This document shows, in pieces, positions 33,466 to 46,606 of a DNA stretch of 64,000 nucleotides. Each line of letters begins with the position of its first letter. The first letter of the stretch is position 1. Origin of the DNA: Utricularia gibba (lineage: Eukaryota > Plantae > Magnoliophyta); NCBI GenBank assembly GCA_002189035.1, contig NEEC01000024.1, forward strand, positions 186,001 through 250,000, read 5' to 3'. A program made the position numbers and the translations under genes. The notes under the pieces were generated by a model that ran no database searches, was not told the DNA's origin, and saw nothing but the letters and a program-made list of their open reading frames with translations.

Positions 33466-36400
33466 TGATGTGACCCTCTAATCTAAAGAGATTAGCAACC
33501 CACGAACAAGAGGTGATTTTGAAGGTTAGAAAGTATCCCACCCAAGTCTACCCTCAAGAGAATGAATCTCTTGCAACCAGACTTCGAAACAAAGAAAATT
33601 AGGAGCCACACTTCACGAAAGAGAAGAGATTGGAAGTGATAATCCTAGGATGCCACAAGCTCAAAGCTTGATAAGTCAAGAGTGTACAAGCACTTAAAAG
33701 AAGAGGAGAATCCTCACAACATACATGAAAAGTACTAAAGGTCCTTACAGAATACAATTCTTGAGTATTTATACTCTAGGATTGGGCTCTAACATTACTT
33801 GGATCAAACAACAAGCCCAATGCTCTAAGATAAATCCACCTTCAACTAGTTGAGCTCTTTTGATGGGATGTCTTCAAGCCCATGTTTGATTCCAATTGTA
33901 TTGAGTAGAGCCTTAAGTGTATCTTCAAGCATCTTGCTCTTTCTCCTAGTCATTGGTTCCATTGGAATCATCTTTGTCTCTAATGTGTTCACTTTGACAA
34001 ACTCCTCATCATTATTTAAATACACTTCATTATCTTCCTGGGGCTCATCATCCCCCCCTTCTGTAAGAGGATTCGTCCCCGAATCTGTATCCATGTCGAA
34101 AAGAGACAAATCAGCAACATTGAAAGTTGAATGAACAGAATACTCACCTGGTAAATCTAGCTTGTATGCATTATCATTCACGCGCTCAACAATTTGGAAA
34201 GGGCCATCTCCACAAGGTAGAAGTTTTGACTTCCTCTTGGTGGGAAATCTCTCCTTCCTGAGATGAAGCGAAACCCAATCACCAAGTTCAAATACAACTT
34301 TGCGTCTCCCCTTGTTTGCTGCTGATGCATACTTTGCATTGTTGCATTCAATCTGTTTTTTCACCTTCTCATGCAATTTTCTGATTGCTTCAGCTCTCTT
34401 CTTGCCATCTAAACTAACTTTCTCATTACAAGGCACAGGTAACATATCCAAAGGTGTAAGAGGATTAAAGCCATAAACCACTTCAAAGGGAGATAATTTA
34501 GTAGTGAGATGCATGGTTCCATTGCAAGCAAACTCAACAAGTGGCAAACATTCCTTCCAAGTCTTAAGATTTGATGTAATCATAATCCTAAGTAAGGTAG
34601 AAAGTGTGCGATTAGTTACCTCAGTTTGCCCATTTGTTTGAGGGTGACATGTTGTTGAGTATAACAGCTTAGTGCCAAGTTTACTCCAAAGAACTCTCCA
34701 AAAGTGACTGAGAAATCTGGTATCTCGATCAGAGACAATAGTGAGAGGCATACCATGAAGTCTAACAACTTCCCTAAAGAAGAGATCAGCCACATGAGAT
34801 GCATCATCAGTTTTATGGCAACGAATAAAGTGTGCCATCTTTAAAAACCTGTCCACAAAAACAAAAATTGAATCTCTACCCCTTTGGAACGAGGTAAGCC
34901 TAAAACAAAGTCCATAGAAATATCCACCCATGGTTGGGAAGGGGTAGGGAGTGGAGTATACAAACCATTAGGGGCAGTAATTGATTTAGCATTCCTACAA
35001 GAAATACATCTATCACAAATTCTTTCTACATCCCTTCTCATGTGTGGCCAAAAGAAATGTTGGGTGACAGTATCAAGAGTCTTTTTAACACCAAAATGTC
35101 CCATTAGTATCCCACGATGATCTTCTGTAACAATCAAATCACGTATGGAGCAAGAAGGAATGCACAGCTTATCTTTCCTATAAAGAAAACCATCTTTCTT
35201 AAATAATAGTCCAAATGGAGCGCGTTCACATGCCTTATAAATGTCCTTAAAATTATGATCATTAGCATATAAGTTAATCATGGAAGCAAATCCAAGAATT
35301 CTTGCATCAAGTTTGCTAAAAGAATGTACATTCGAGATAAATCATCAACAACCACATTCTCATTACCTTGTATTTGATCACATATGGGAATGTGTCAATG
35401 AATTCCACCCACTTAGCATGTCTTCTATTCAGCTTTCCTTGATCCTTCAAATGTTTGAGAGACTCATGATCAGTGTGTATCACGAACTCCTTAGGCCACA
35501 AGTAGTGCTGCCATGTCTCCAAAACTCTAACCAATACATACAACTCTTTGTCATATGTTGAATAGTTGAGGGTGGCACCATGAAGCTTCTCACTAAAATA
35601 AGCAAGTGGACGTCCATTTTGCATCAATACAGCACCAATACCTAAACCCGATGCATCATATTCAATTTCAAAAGTATCAAAAAAATTTGGAAGTACTAGG
35701 AGAGGTGTTGAGCAAAGCTTATCCTTGAGTTATTTGAAGGCGTGTTCCTGCTCGTCTCCACAATGAAATGCATGATTTTTCTTGATCAATTGAGTGAGGG
35801 GTGCTGCTATAGATCGGAAGTCCTTAACAAACCGTCTATGGAAACTTGCTAAACCATGAAAACTCCGAACTTCACCAACAGAAGTAGGTGTTGGCCATTC
35901 TTTGATTGCTCTCACTTTCTCTTCATCCACACCTACTCCTGCATCACTTCCAACATATCCAAGAAAAGAGACACTTCTTAATGTTGGCAAACAACTTCTC
36001 TTTTCTAAGAGTATCTAACACATCTTTCAAATGTCCTACATGTTCCTCAATACTCTTACTATATATCAGAATATCATCAAAATAAACAATAAAAGGCCTA
36101 AGAACATGATTCATCAATCTCATAAAGGTGGTAGGAGCATTAGTTAATCCAAAAGGCATAACAACCCAGTCATACAAACCAAACTTACTTTTAAAAGCGG
36201 ATTTCCACTCATCACCCTCCTTCATTCTAATTTGATGATACCCACTTCTCAAATCAATCTTACTAAAAACACAAGCATATATTCAAGTCTAGGGATAGGA
36301 TGTCTATACTTGATTGTGATGTTGTTGATGGCGCGACAATCAGTGCACATCCGCTAAGTTCCATCGGACTTTGGAACCAATAACACCGGCACAGAGCAAG

Positions 36401-38680
36401 GGCTCATTCTCTCACGCACAAATCCTCTAGACATCAATTCCTCAACTTGCTTTTGTATTTCCTTCGTCTCCTCTGGATTAGCTCGGTAGGCTGGTCGGTT
36501 TGGGAGTTGTGCTCCAGGCAAAAGGTCAATTTGATGCTCAATCCCTCTAAGGGGAGGTAGGCCTTAAAGTTCTTTTGGAAATACATCTTCATATACCTGT
36601 AAGAGAGACACAATACAAGATGGAATGGGTGAAGCATTGTAAGGGAAAGTAGTAACTTCATCCTTGTACATAAGTAGAAGAATTGGTTGCCTAACATGAA
36701 GTGAGTGTCTAATACTTTTCCATTAATCCTTGTACATAAGTGCAAACTTTTCCATTAACAAAGCACCGGGTTTGAAACAAGTTTTCCCTTTGTTCATCAT
36801 TATCCTTCACTCCAATGTAAAGTGTCCTTCGAGTTACTAATACTTCTCCAGAAACAGGCAATTCATCCTCATCACTCAATTCAGCTTCTGTTTCCACCAG
36901 ATCATCCTCATCATCACTAAGCACTTCTCCATTGCTTCTTATCACCATTGCTCGTTTATTTGAACATTCAGAAGCAATATGTCCATGCCCCAAGCACTTG
37001 AAACATTTTATGTTCCTTGTAGCGCCCTTTGGAGGTGTTGTTCGCTCTCCTTGCTTGGAATTTGATGGGATGTCGAATTTGAAGTTTTCCATGGAGGACC
37101 TCCCTTTATTTCTCTCCAGCATCTCCTTGGTGCCTCCAAATTTCGAACCAGAAGTCTTCTTGTTGAAATCTCGAGCGAAACGCTTGCTAGATAGTTGTTT
37201 CTCAACTTTTGTGGCCATATGAATCATGTCCTCCATCTCAATGTAGTGAAGAAACCTAGCCACGGTTGCTTCCCTATCTTCATGAACATGAGCTCTAATC
37301 ATTAAGATCTCAATTTCCTGCCAATATTCCTCCAATGACCTTGAGCCCTGCTTGAGATTCAGCAAACGTTGATAAACATCTCTTTGGTAATGGTTTGGAA
37401 CAAACCGCCTCCTCATAACTCTTTTCATCTCAGCCCAAGTATGAATTGGTTCTTCAGAGTCAATCCTTCTTTTAGCCACCCATTGATCCCACCAAATTAC
37501 AGCATAGTCACTAAATTCCACAGAGGCCAATCTGATTTTCGTTTTTTCAGAGAAGTTGTTGCAATCAAAGACATGTTCTACTCTTGTTTCCCATTGCAGA
37601 TATGCATCTGGATCATTCTTTCCTTGAAATTGAGGTATCTTCATCTTGATGTTGTTAACATCCTTTCCAATTCTTCCTCCATCTCTTCTGCCTCACTGAT
37701 CTCGAAATCTTCTTGTATCCCCATGTACAAAATCATTTTCACCATGTTCAAGGTAGTCATCTTCTTTATCAGTATTCTGGATTCGATCTTTTCTTCCAAC
37801 AGTCCTCGCACTTCCTTGATCACTTAAGTCATGTTCAGTGTTGATGCGTTGATGCATTTGAATGCCTCGACCCCTCCCAGCTGCATAATTATCTTGTCTT
37901 CGGTCTTTTGCAACATTTTGTAAAGAATTTTCGTGTTCATCATGCCTAGCATTTATGTTTTCCAGAATGCGATGCAATCTTGTGAATTCCTGTTGCATAG
38001 CTTTCAAAGTGAACTTCTCATCCGGCGAGTCATCCTTGTCATGCTCACTTCTTGAATTTGACATCCTAAATTGAAGACAAAAGAAATGAGCAGCAAAAGA
38101 AAGAAAAGAGTATAAAGTGAAAGAACAAAGAAACACACACAAGGTTTACCACTCAATCCCCAAGCTTCAAATCCTTGATGCACTCCATAACATCATCATG
38201 TTGACCTCATGATACCTCAAAAATAATCACTTCTAGATTAGTATTGATTATGGTATTATGATGGGGTTAGGTGAGGGTGGCAGTGTTAATTGTCTCAAGA
38301 GAGAGACAAGATAGAATTAATCACTTCCAGATTGGTTGCTTGTTGCAGTAAATAAATAGGAGGGATGGACACAACGTAAGAAAAGATTAAAACAGAGGAA
38401 TGAGCACTACACACGAAATATAATGCTTGTGAAATTGTAGAAATATGGGAAGGGGCAATCAACAAAGAGAATAGTCAAATGGAATGGTAGGGACAAGTAA
38501 GTGACAGGGTATGTGGATGAAGATAAGGAAAACAATAATAAAGTGGTTGCTTGGTTGAATGGGAAAAGCAGAAGGATAATATTAAGGAGAAGGAACCCAA
38601 AGCTCTGATACCAAATGATGTGACCCTCTAATCTAAAGAGATTATCAACCTACGAACAAGAGGTGATTTTGAAGGTGATT
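33466..38680 (-). mobile_element. CRM-2: 3' LTR 33466-34050, PPT, degraded gag-pol, Met PBS 38602-38613, 5' LTR truncated after about 60 bp
   Basis: PPT AGAAGGGGGGGA at 34051-34062; fragments of gag, RT ([20 protein letters not shown]), RH and IN; protease deleted. Confidence 0.92.
33846..34931 (-). CDS. CRM integrase C-terminus with CR motif, reading through the PPT into the 3' LTR
   Basis: RDSIFVFVDRF, HPQTNGQTEVTNRTL, RKSKLLPCGDGPF, PMTRRKSK; stop lies inside the LTR, as established for CRM chromoviruses. Confidence 0.88.
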   Translation of the reverse strand: MGGYFYGLCFRLTSFQRGRDSIFVFVDRFLKMAHFIRCHKTDDASHVADLFFREVVRLHGMPLTIVSDRDTRFLSHFWRVLWSKLGTKLLYSTTCHPQTNGQTEVTNRTLSTLLRIMITSNLKTWKECLPLVEFACNGTMHLTTKLSPFEVVYGFNPLTPLDMLPVPCNEKVSLDGKKRAEAIRKLHEKVKKQIECNNAKYASAANKGRRKVVFELGDWVSLHLRKERFPTKRKSKLLPCGDGPFQIVERVNDNAYKLDLPGEYSVHSTFNVADLSLFDMDTDSGTNPLTEGGDDEPQEDNEVYLNNDEEFVKVNTLETKMIPMEPMTRRKSKMLEDTLKALLNTIGIKHGLEDIPSKELN

Positions 38681-38989
38681 TTGAGTCAGAAGTTGGATGA
38701 TGCACTATGGGTGAGTGGGACTATTTAGAAAACGCCGATTGGTATGACTCCTTTCAGGGTGATTTATGCTAAGAACTATCATCTGCCAGTTGAGATAGAG
38801 CAAAAAACTAGATGGCCAGTATATATTTTAAGTGATGATGCAAAGGCAAACAATGAGGCGAGGAAGTTTCAGTTGCAAGAGTTGGAGTTAAGGAGGAATG
38901 CTTACAGTAACTCTTGCAGTTTCAAGGAACAGACTAAATCTTACTACTACAACCTAATTCAGAAGAAAGGATTCGAACCAGGTTAGAAG

Positions 38990-40432
38990 TGTTGGGTTTC
39001 TTGTATACATCGTATGTCTTAAAAGCAGTGAAATTTTAAAAATTTTAACAAACCCCCAACGCATATCTTGGAATACGGTATACATTAGACAAAGGGATTC
39101 TAAATTACCTTTCAGATGACTCCGTTGTTCACGAACCGCCAATAGCAGATGGACTCTATGGTATCCACACGTGGAGCACTCCGTCGATAACCTTCTCAAG
39201 TCTCTTGAATGCTGGTCGAATTTCTCAGGTGCTAGCAGATAAAAATGCCTCCTTGTAGATTAGTCTCAGAGCACGAAGACCTTGGACCAGATCTCAAGAT
39301 CTAAATGTTTTTGATAGATATTTTGTGACATATCAAATCATATCTATATGAGATCTTTTATTTTGAGTTTAATATTAATCTCAAAATAATTCTCTATTAA
39401 TTTATCCACTTTACCAATTACATCTCATGTAATTGTGTCATTCTATTTTATATCGATGAGTGACTCCACTATTGTATGTAACCCTATAGGCTTCCTCAAT
39501 TAAGGCCATAATAATAGATTTATTAATTAACTTTTAATTAATCAAATCCATCATTATCGATCATGAGTGATGTCTAGCAACATATCATGATCCCCAAGAT
39601 TAAAGAATAATCAGGTAAACTGATTGAGCCTTTCCATGACCAACCACCATGCAATGAACAGCTTTCATCGTACTTATATCTCATTCGGTACCAGAACATG
39701 GGTGTGTGTCTTTCTGATGTTTCGAACTTATAATTACATTCAAGCACTAACACTCAATGACCTACTCAAACAATTCGAGTGTCATTACCCAGGGCCCAGG
39801 ACTTACTGTTAGGTTTTGATGCAATTACTTGAGATATGATCTCATTGCTAACATGAGTGATGAATCCATTATTGATCAATCAACTATCTACAACCTTAAG
39901 GAGTCACATCCCTACTCATCCATACTAGGCAAGCCATGGTTAAGCTCCCATTAGTAATGAGCGAAAATGTGAACTGAAGATCAAGATAACTTTGTTGACC
40001 TCAAGTCTAAGCTTACTTGCACGGCTGTCATATTCGAGATCTTGCTACTGACAGTTGGTTAGCTTCCCATAGTAACATCTCGAAGATGAGTCATCCAGTG
40101 AATCGATTCTCTAATCGACACCCACATATAGGTTCTAGTAATCTCATTACATCAATTGTGAGAACCGTTGCCTAAACTGTTTAGGGAACTAAATGTGTGC
40201 CAACTTATCCGTATTTGTGATATCCTCATTTCACAAATACTCTAGCCACGGTGATTTAACTTGATAATGAGTGATTGAAGAATCTCACATTATGATGTAA
40301 TCATAATTTCTATAGCACATAGATCAAGTAGAGGATTTTATCAATGATATAAATTTGATCACAACTCAAAGTAAATATCAAAATATAAGATTTGTCAATT
40401 AGTTGATTGTCTCTAGAACACATATACTAACA
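38990..40432 (-). repeat. Angela-type solo LTR (1443 bp) with perfect AGAAG TSD, inserted in Athila integrase
   Basis: TG...CA termini; AGAAG at 38985-38989 and 40433-40437; removing it restores KGFEPG*K-ALLY. Confidence 0.93.
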
Positions 40433-41882
40433 AGAAGGCACTTTTATATCATTCTAGATTTTAACTTTAACTTCTCGAAGTTAAATTCAAAATGGGAAGG
40501 GCCATTTGTGGTGAAATCTATGAACATCAAATATTTGGTTGGGTTATTTGATAGAAATACAAATGCTAACCCCTTTACTATGAATGGTCACAGGTTAAAG
40601 CTTTATTTTAAAATAGGTCCAAATGATGGACAGGGAAGAGAGGAAACGAATCCCTCTCCCATGCCCGAAACTATTTAGCTTATTATGGAGGTCATGCCCA
40701 AGGCCTATAACAAAATGGGCGCTGTTGGGAGTCACCCAAATTTAGCAATGTTTTATTCTGTTTTGTTTTTTGCTTTTTGTTAAATTCTCCAGAATTATTT
40801 TGTCAAGAGCATTGCACGCTGATTCCAATTCAGGTGAGGGCAATCATAGAATGTGAGTCTATTTGACATGAAAGATGGGGAATTTTTTTCTCACATCACA
40901 TGAAGGAGGAAGCTGAAGCGGCTACAAAGTTGAAAAACCAGATTGAAGTTTGAATCAGGAGCAACCTAGGGAGTCAACCAAATCCAACCCTTGAATTTAT
41001 TCAACTGGTCAAGTTTTTTTGAGCACTCGATTTATATTTTCTTTACTCACTTGAAAGGAAGTTTTACTTATTTTTGCATAATTGTGGTTCTATCAACCAT
41101 TTGTCATAGGTTTGGTTGAAGAATATGGAGTATTCTTAGGTCTAGTAAGATAGTGAGCACACACTAGTCAAATGTGAGGCCTAGACCTATTTTTATATTT
41201 ACTCTCTATTTTCTTTCTAAATATCACTATTGTGCTAGGTACTTGAATACACCGAGGATTCAGCCTATGTCAGTTATTTAGGTTAGATCTTGAGTAAGAC
41301 TCAAGGACGAGTCTGTCGTCGTTGTAGGATAGTGTGATGATAAGTTATACTTCAACATATTTGAGTCAATTTTAGTGTCAGAGTACTAGGATTATGTGAA
41401 TTAGAATAGGAAAAATAATAAAATATGCAATGGCCAAATTGCTTTTCGTAAAAACATGATTTGGGTTATTTTTCCCTTAGTCCAAGTGAAGGATGGTCTT
41501 ATTCTTCTTCCAAGCACATGTATGTTCGGCCCATTTGGGTTAGGCTGCATTGTCTGACCAGTCTGCAAAGTTGTTATGAGTATATGGGCAAATCAGGAAT
41601 TACATGTCGAAATGCAGAAGAAGGATACGGAAGGTTGGCAATAAAAAGGCAAGAAGATCGCAATAGATGCAAGTAACTGTGACTGGCATGTAAGACTAGT
41701 GTGAATAAAGAAAGGAAAAAATCTGTTGTCTCTAATTTCTTTCTCTCCAAAATATTTGAGGACATGCACCTACAAGGGGACGGAACATCCTAACACCCGA
41801 CTTTGCTTTGAAGACTTTTATTGGCCTAAGGATTCTTCTGTTTTAGAGAAATTTTCTCTCCAGAGAGCATTTTCGTGATTGG

Positions 41883-42474
41883 TGATGAGCCCCAGGAAGA
41901 TAATGAAGTGTATTTGAAGAATGATGAGAAGTTTGTCTAAGTGAGCACATTAGAAACAAAAATGATTCCACCAGGAGCAAGACAAAGATGGTTGAAGATA
42001 CACTTAAGGCTCTACTCAATACCATTGGAATCAAACATGGGCTTGAAGACATCCCATCAGAAGAGCTCAACTACTTGAAGGTGGATTTACCATAAACCAT
42101 TGGGCTTGTTAGACTTTTCTATTTCATTTAGTTTGAGCTATGTAATGTTAGAGCTCAATTCTAGAGTATAAATACTCTAGAGATGTTCTATTTCAGGATT
42201 TTTAGTCTTTTTTCATGTATGTGGTGAGGATTCTCCTCCTCTTTGAGTGCTTGTATACTCTTAACTTATCAAGCTTTGAACTTGTGGCGTTCTAGGATTA
42301 TCACTTCCAATCCCTTCTCTTTTCTGAAGTGTGGCTCCTAATTTTCTTTGTTTCGAAGACTGGTTGCATGAGATTCATTCTCTTGAGGGTAGACTTGGGT
42401 AGGTTACTTTCTAAGCTTCAGAATCATCGCTTGTTCGTGGGTTGCTAATCTCATTAGATTAGAGGGTCGCATCA
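41883..42474 (+). repeat. CRM solo LTR (592 bp) within Athila LTR
   Basis: TGATGAGCCCCAGG...GGTCGCATCA; TSD ATTGG/ATTCG (4/5). Confidence 0.9.
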
Positions 42475-42557
42475 ATTCGCGTGCAAGAAAGGACGAAGGA
42501 GAGGCGTTCAAGTGTGATAGTGCAGCTGAGACCTAAACGAAAGAGAAGGAGGCTTTG

Positions 42558-43124
42558 TGATACGACCCTCCAATCCACAAGTGATTGGCAAACCAGATCT
42601 TGGTTGAAAGAAGCAATCCTTCAAGAAAAAGAAGTTGGCTCTCAAGGATAGAAAGATCCTTGCAACCCAAACTATGAATTTGTTCCACACTCACAGAATC
42701 AAGGAAGGAATTGGGAGTGATAAACCACACACTAGACCCCACAAGTAAAGCTTGATATGTCTAAGTTCTACAAGAACTCAAAGAAGGAGAATAGATCTCA
42801 AAAGTGATTACAATCAAAGTTGTCCAAAACATGAGTAAGTCCTTCTTAAATAGATGAAGGATTGGGCTTTATTATAGGAAAAGTAGTAATAATAATGTAT
42901 TTGGTAGTAATGAGCCTTCTCTAATCAAGTTGATGCACTTTGAGAATGTTGAATTTCATGCCCAACACCTGATAGCTTGGTTGATTGGCCCATAAGCTCT
43001 TAAGCACTTCTTGATTCCTTTTTGCTCTTGATCTTGTGATTGGCCCAACTGAAATCAATGGAGGATTATTGATTTTATGTCTTTTATCTTCATTGGATAA
43101 TCTATAGCATCTATGATCTCATCA
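42558..43124 (-). repeat. Solo LTR of a second CRM-like family (567 bp)
   Basis: Minus-strand TGATGAG...GAGGGTCGTATCA termini like CRM; perfect CTTTG TSD at 42553-42557 and 43125-43129. Confidence 0.85.
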
Positions 43125-43818
43125 CTTTGGAACCTAGAGAATCGAACAAACATTCTATTTTTCTCATAAATAATATTTCTTGCATCATATTTCGTGAACA
43201 TGCACACTATTTCCATTTTGTTATTTTAATTTCCAACATGTTCAAATGCTTTCATCATCTGATTTATGTATTCTGTTCTTTGCTTTGAGTAGAAACCAAC
43301 TCTAGAGAACGCCTCATTTAGTCTAGCTTATGCATAGGACCAAGGACTAAAATCCATTTGCTCTCTATGAACCAACCTAGACCTGCTTGAATATCCTCAT
43401 CACTTGAACATGTTTCCTTCATTATTTTCATTATTGTTTCCACATGCACATTTAGATCCCTAAAACCAGAAAATGAATTTTAATCCGTTCATGCACAGTT
43501 TGATTTTGGATTCAGTTTAATGATCATTGTTTGTTGCTTGGAATGTCGATTCACGTATTTAGTTTTTTGCTTTTAATTTAAGAACCAGTAGAAGTCTTTT
43601 ATAAATTTTACTTAGAAGAGAAACCCACTTCCAGACATCCCTTATTTAATCCAACTTATGCATAGAACAAACAACAAAAAATTGTTTGCTCTTTATGGAT
43701 CGACATGGACTTACTAGTGCTGCATTAATTTCCTTTGTGAATCGTATATGGTTTGTATATTCTGAAAACAAACTATTTTTTATGCAGAAAACATTTTTGT
43801 AGGTTTTCCATTCATCAA

Positions 43819-44279
43819 AATTGCGCTGTTATCAGGGAGCTAGGTTCTTTTTAGTTTTGGCTCTTAATGTGTTTGCGTTCTTTTGAAGATTAAGAAAACC
43901 ATAAGGGAGAAAAAGAAACATGCAAAACAGAAGTAGCATAAGGCAACTGAAAAGGCCAAAAGGAGCTGCTACACACCAATGAATCATGGACACAAATGAA
44001 GTAGAAAAAATGATCCAGGAATATGATTGCCTAGATTATTCGTATTGGATTTGCGTATACTTTTCAGAGCAAGTTGTTGCATTTGTGTCCAGACCAGGGA
44101 TAATCAATATTTTGCTTAAATTTTATGGAAATGCGATAGAGGATGCACATCAACACTTGGACGGATGCATTTCAGTCTGTACTGCTGTTGGACAAAAGGA
44201 AGTGATAGAAAACAACATGCTTTTAAAGGTTTTTCAATCTACACTTGAAGAAGATGCAAAGGAGTGGTTGAACACCTAA
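43819..44279 (+). pseudogene. Degenerate Athila PBS plus start of a second Athila gag
   Basis: AAATTGCGCTGTTATCAGGGA after LTR end CATCA; ORF 43986-44279 FVSRPGIINILLKFYG..EDAHQHL...LKVFQSTLEEDAKEWL. Confidence 0.75.
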
Positions 44280-46167
44280 TGGGCACTAAATCGGTTGTGC
44301 CACGTGGAAGCCGATCGAACAGATGACTTGGCAAGTGACACTAGCAAAAGAAAAAAGGAGTCATGTGCATGTGGGAAGAAGGAAGAATACTAAATCAGTT
44401 TAGGCAAAATCAATGGGGAAATGGCCCCAGACATGTTTGATAGCCCGTCACACGCCGATAGACCGATAATTGTAAGAACTTCGCTATAGCGGCCGTTTTA
44501 GCAGAGTCTAAAAAGTGGCTAAATTAAAGAAGTGTCAGAGCAGTTGGCGATTATCTTCTAGCAGTACCACGAGTTTGACTACTAGGCATAGAAAGTAGCC
44601 GTCACTTGTAGAATTCATTCTGATCGGTTCCGCCTATAAATAGGAGGAAGTTTGAGGAAAAGAGGGTGGTCGAACTATCTGCTTTTGGCTTGTAACATTT
44701 ATCCCCAATTCTTTTTAAGTGAAAACCTCCTCCTGCAAGTTCTGCCAGCTACGTGGTTTTTCCGCTTCGACAATTTCCACGTAAAAATCCCTATCTATTT
44801 TTATCCTTTGCACCCATATAATAGTCCCCAAACTCGTAACTCATAAATCATATTCGATCAAGTCGGTCCTGCTCACAACCCGAAATCGGTTCCCATTGCA
44901 ACACCAATTTTGGACAACAACATTTTGGTGCCCACAGTGTGGCAAGATTTATTGCCCCACTCAAGAAATCCACAGAAAGCCATCAACTGAATCTTCAAGT
45001 CATCCTCGTGGCTAAACTCAAATGCACATGAAGAAACTTGGGAAACGACATGCTGGGCTGGGAAAGAGCCAGTGGAACAGGAATATTTGCAGGAATCGGA
45101 GACAGTGTCCAAAATCGAAGAGTATTTGAGGTGAAGAAGAGGACAATGGAAGCACTGGAAAAAAGGGAAAACAAACTAAGAAAAGAGCTGGAAGAGATTT
45201 TAGTGAAAAAGAAAAAGTTGACTTGAAAACGAATTATTTTTTTCCGAGAGTACCTAGGATTCAGAGAATCATTCAACCAGAATATGTCTGCTAGACGAGG
45301 AGATTTTCTGGCCAATATCGATTCGGCTTTGAAAAGCAGTGTCGAGGGATTACCAGTAACTACTGCACTGAGTTTTGACCCCTTCTTGTATGAATTAATT
45401 GGTGAAGAACCTGACAAAGGGTTCAGAGTGCCAGATGGCTTGCCAACGTATGAATGAAAAGAAGATCCCATATCCCATGTGGCCAATTTCTACATGAGGA
45501 TAGTGACATATGACCTTTGAGCCAAAATGGTGGACATTCGAGCAATTCCGCCACATGAAGAGCAGTTTGGTTAGATCACCCGGTAGGGAATCGTTGGGAG
45601 GTATATAAAATGGGGGGACACAACACAGTTGACTGCCGAGTGATGTAAAGGATGATCGAGAATTTCCATGCAAGTGGAGCAACAACTGGTGCGGCTAAGA
45701 ATCCAATAGATAGGTCTAACCACAAGAGAGGCTGCAATGGTGACCCGGGGAATGGCGGAAATCGATATCCAAAATTCCCCACAAGGTTACAGGGAAGTGC
45801 TCGATGTAACATCAAAGACCCAACAACTGAAAGGGAGCAAGATAAAATAGAAAGCTCGCGGCATACAAACCACGTGCAGGATAGCCGCCTTACACTCGGG
45901 AAATCCATGTGGTATCGGGAGGTACCGAAGTTGACGAGTCCAAGAAAGCAAGAAAGAGATATCTAGATGAAGCAATGAGGGGAGAAGTTTAGGAGATTGG
46001 GAAGAACTGACTAGAGAAAGTCACTTGAGAGAGGGAAGGAATCATTGTTACCGAAAGGGATGTCTCAATCGGTCCCACAACCCGGAATGAGCCCTTGGAG
46101 TGGTAGGGATATGCAGAAGTAGAAAGGTGAGAAAGATCCTCATTGATTAGAGATCCTCCTAAAACCT
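44280..46167 (+). mobile_element. Tat/Retand-type element 5' part: LTR (44280-44922), Lys-type PBS, degraded gag and protease
   Basis: AACA|TTTTGGTGCCCACAGTGTGG; FDPFLYELIGEEP...LPTYE; VRKILID*RSS protease motif at about 46128-46160. Confidence 0.82.
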
Positions 46168-46606
46168 TGTTAAGTATCATTTTATAAGTGTTTATTATGT
46201 GTTATTACGTGTTAAATTAGTATTAAGTTGCCCAAATTAGGAGTTATTTTTCCAAGTATTTATTGTATTAGAATAATCCTATTTTTTATTTTGTATATAT
46301 TTTGCTATCTTTTTAGTTTACTTTGACCAAAATGTGTCAAGCGATAGTGTTGGAGTGTTGCAGGAGACTAGACATTGGTGTTTGGTGACTTGTATGCGAA
46401 GTAGATCAATTGCATGCGGAAGACTGACACTAGTCAGGGCCCTTAACTTACAACATGCCAGAGTCTACAGCAATGATTGGGTGTTTACTTGTATACAAGC
46501 AAAAGTTGGCTGATCATGCAAGATAGAAGGAATGATGGAAGGGGAACATAGGAAGTTAATGAATGACAACAAACTTGGAACACTTTTTCGGACTTTTGAC
46601 ACTAGT
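46168..46606 (+). repeat. 5' fragment of Athila-like LTR (TGTTAAGTATCATTTT family)
   Basis: Start matches 56145 and 19106; interrupted by CRM-3. Confidence 0.6.

Larger units (their letters stand above)
20690..43817 (+). mobile_element. Old Athila-like Ty3/gypsy host element (5' LTR 20690-21587, gag, PR, IN, 3' LTR about 41335-43817) with many nested insertions
   Basis: Collinear pieces: Asp-type PBS 21589-21607; gag FVLRPGIINLFPKFYG..EDAHQH (about 23300), QLDAAM, AWTKIL (24300/27080), IKNLEKEVGQLA (32560); PR DQGAAIN...ILGRPFLAT (33140-33400); IN KLDDALW...FEPG|KALLY...KWEGPF (38690-40510). Single-element origin is an inference. Confidence 0.7.
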
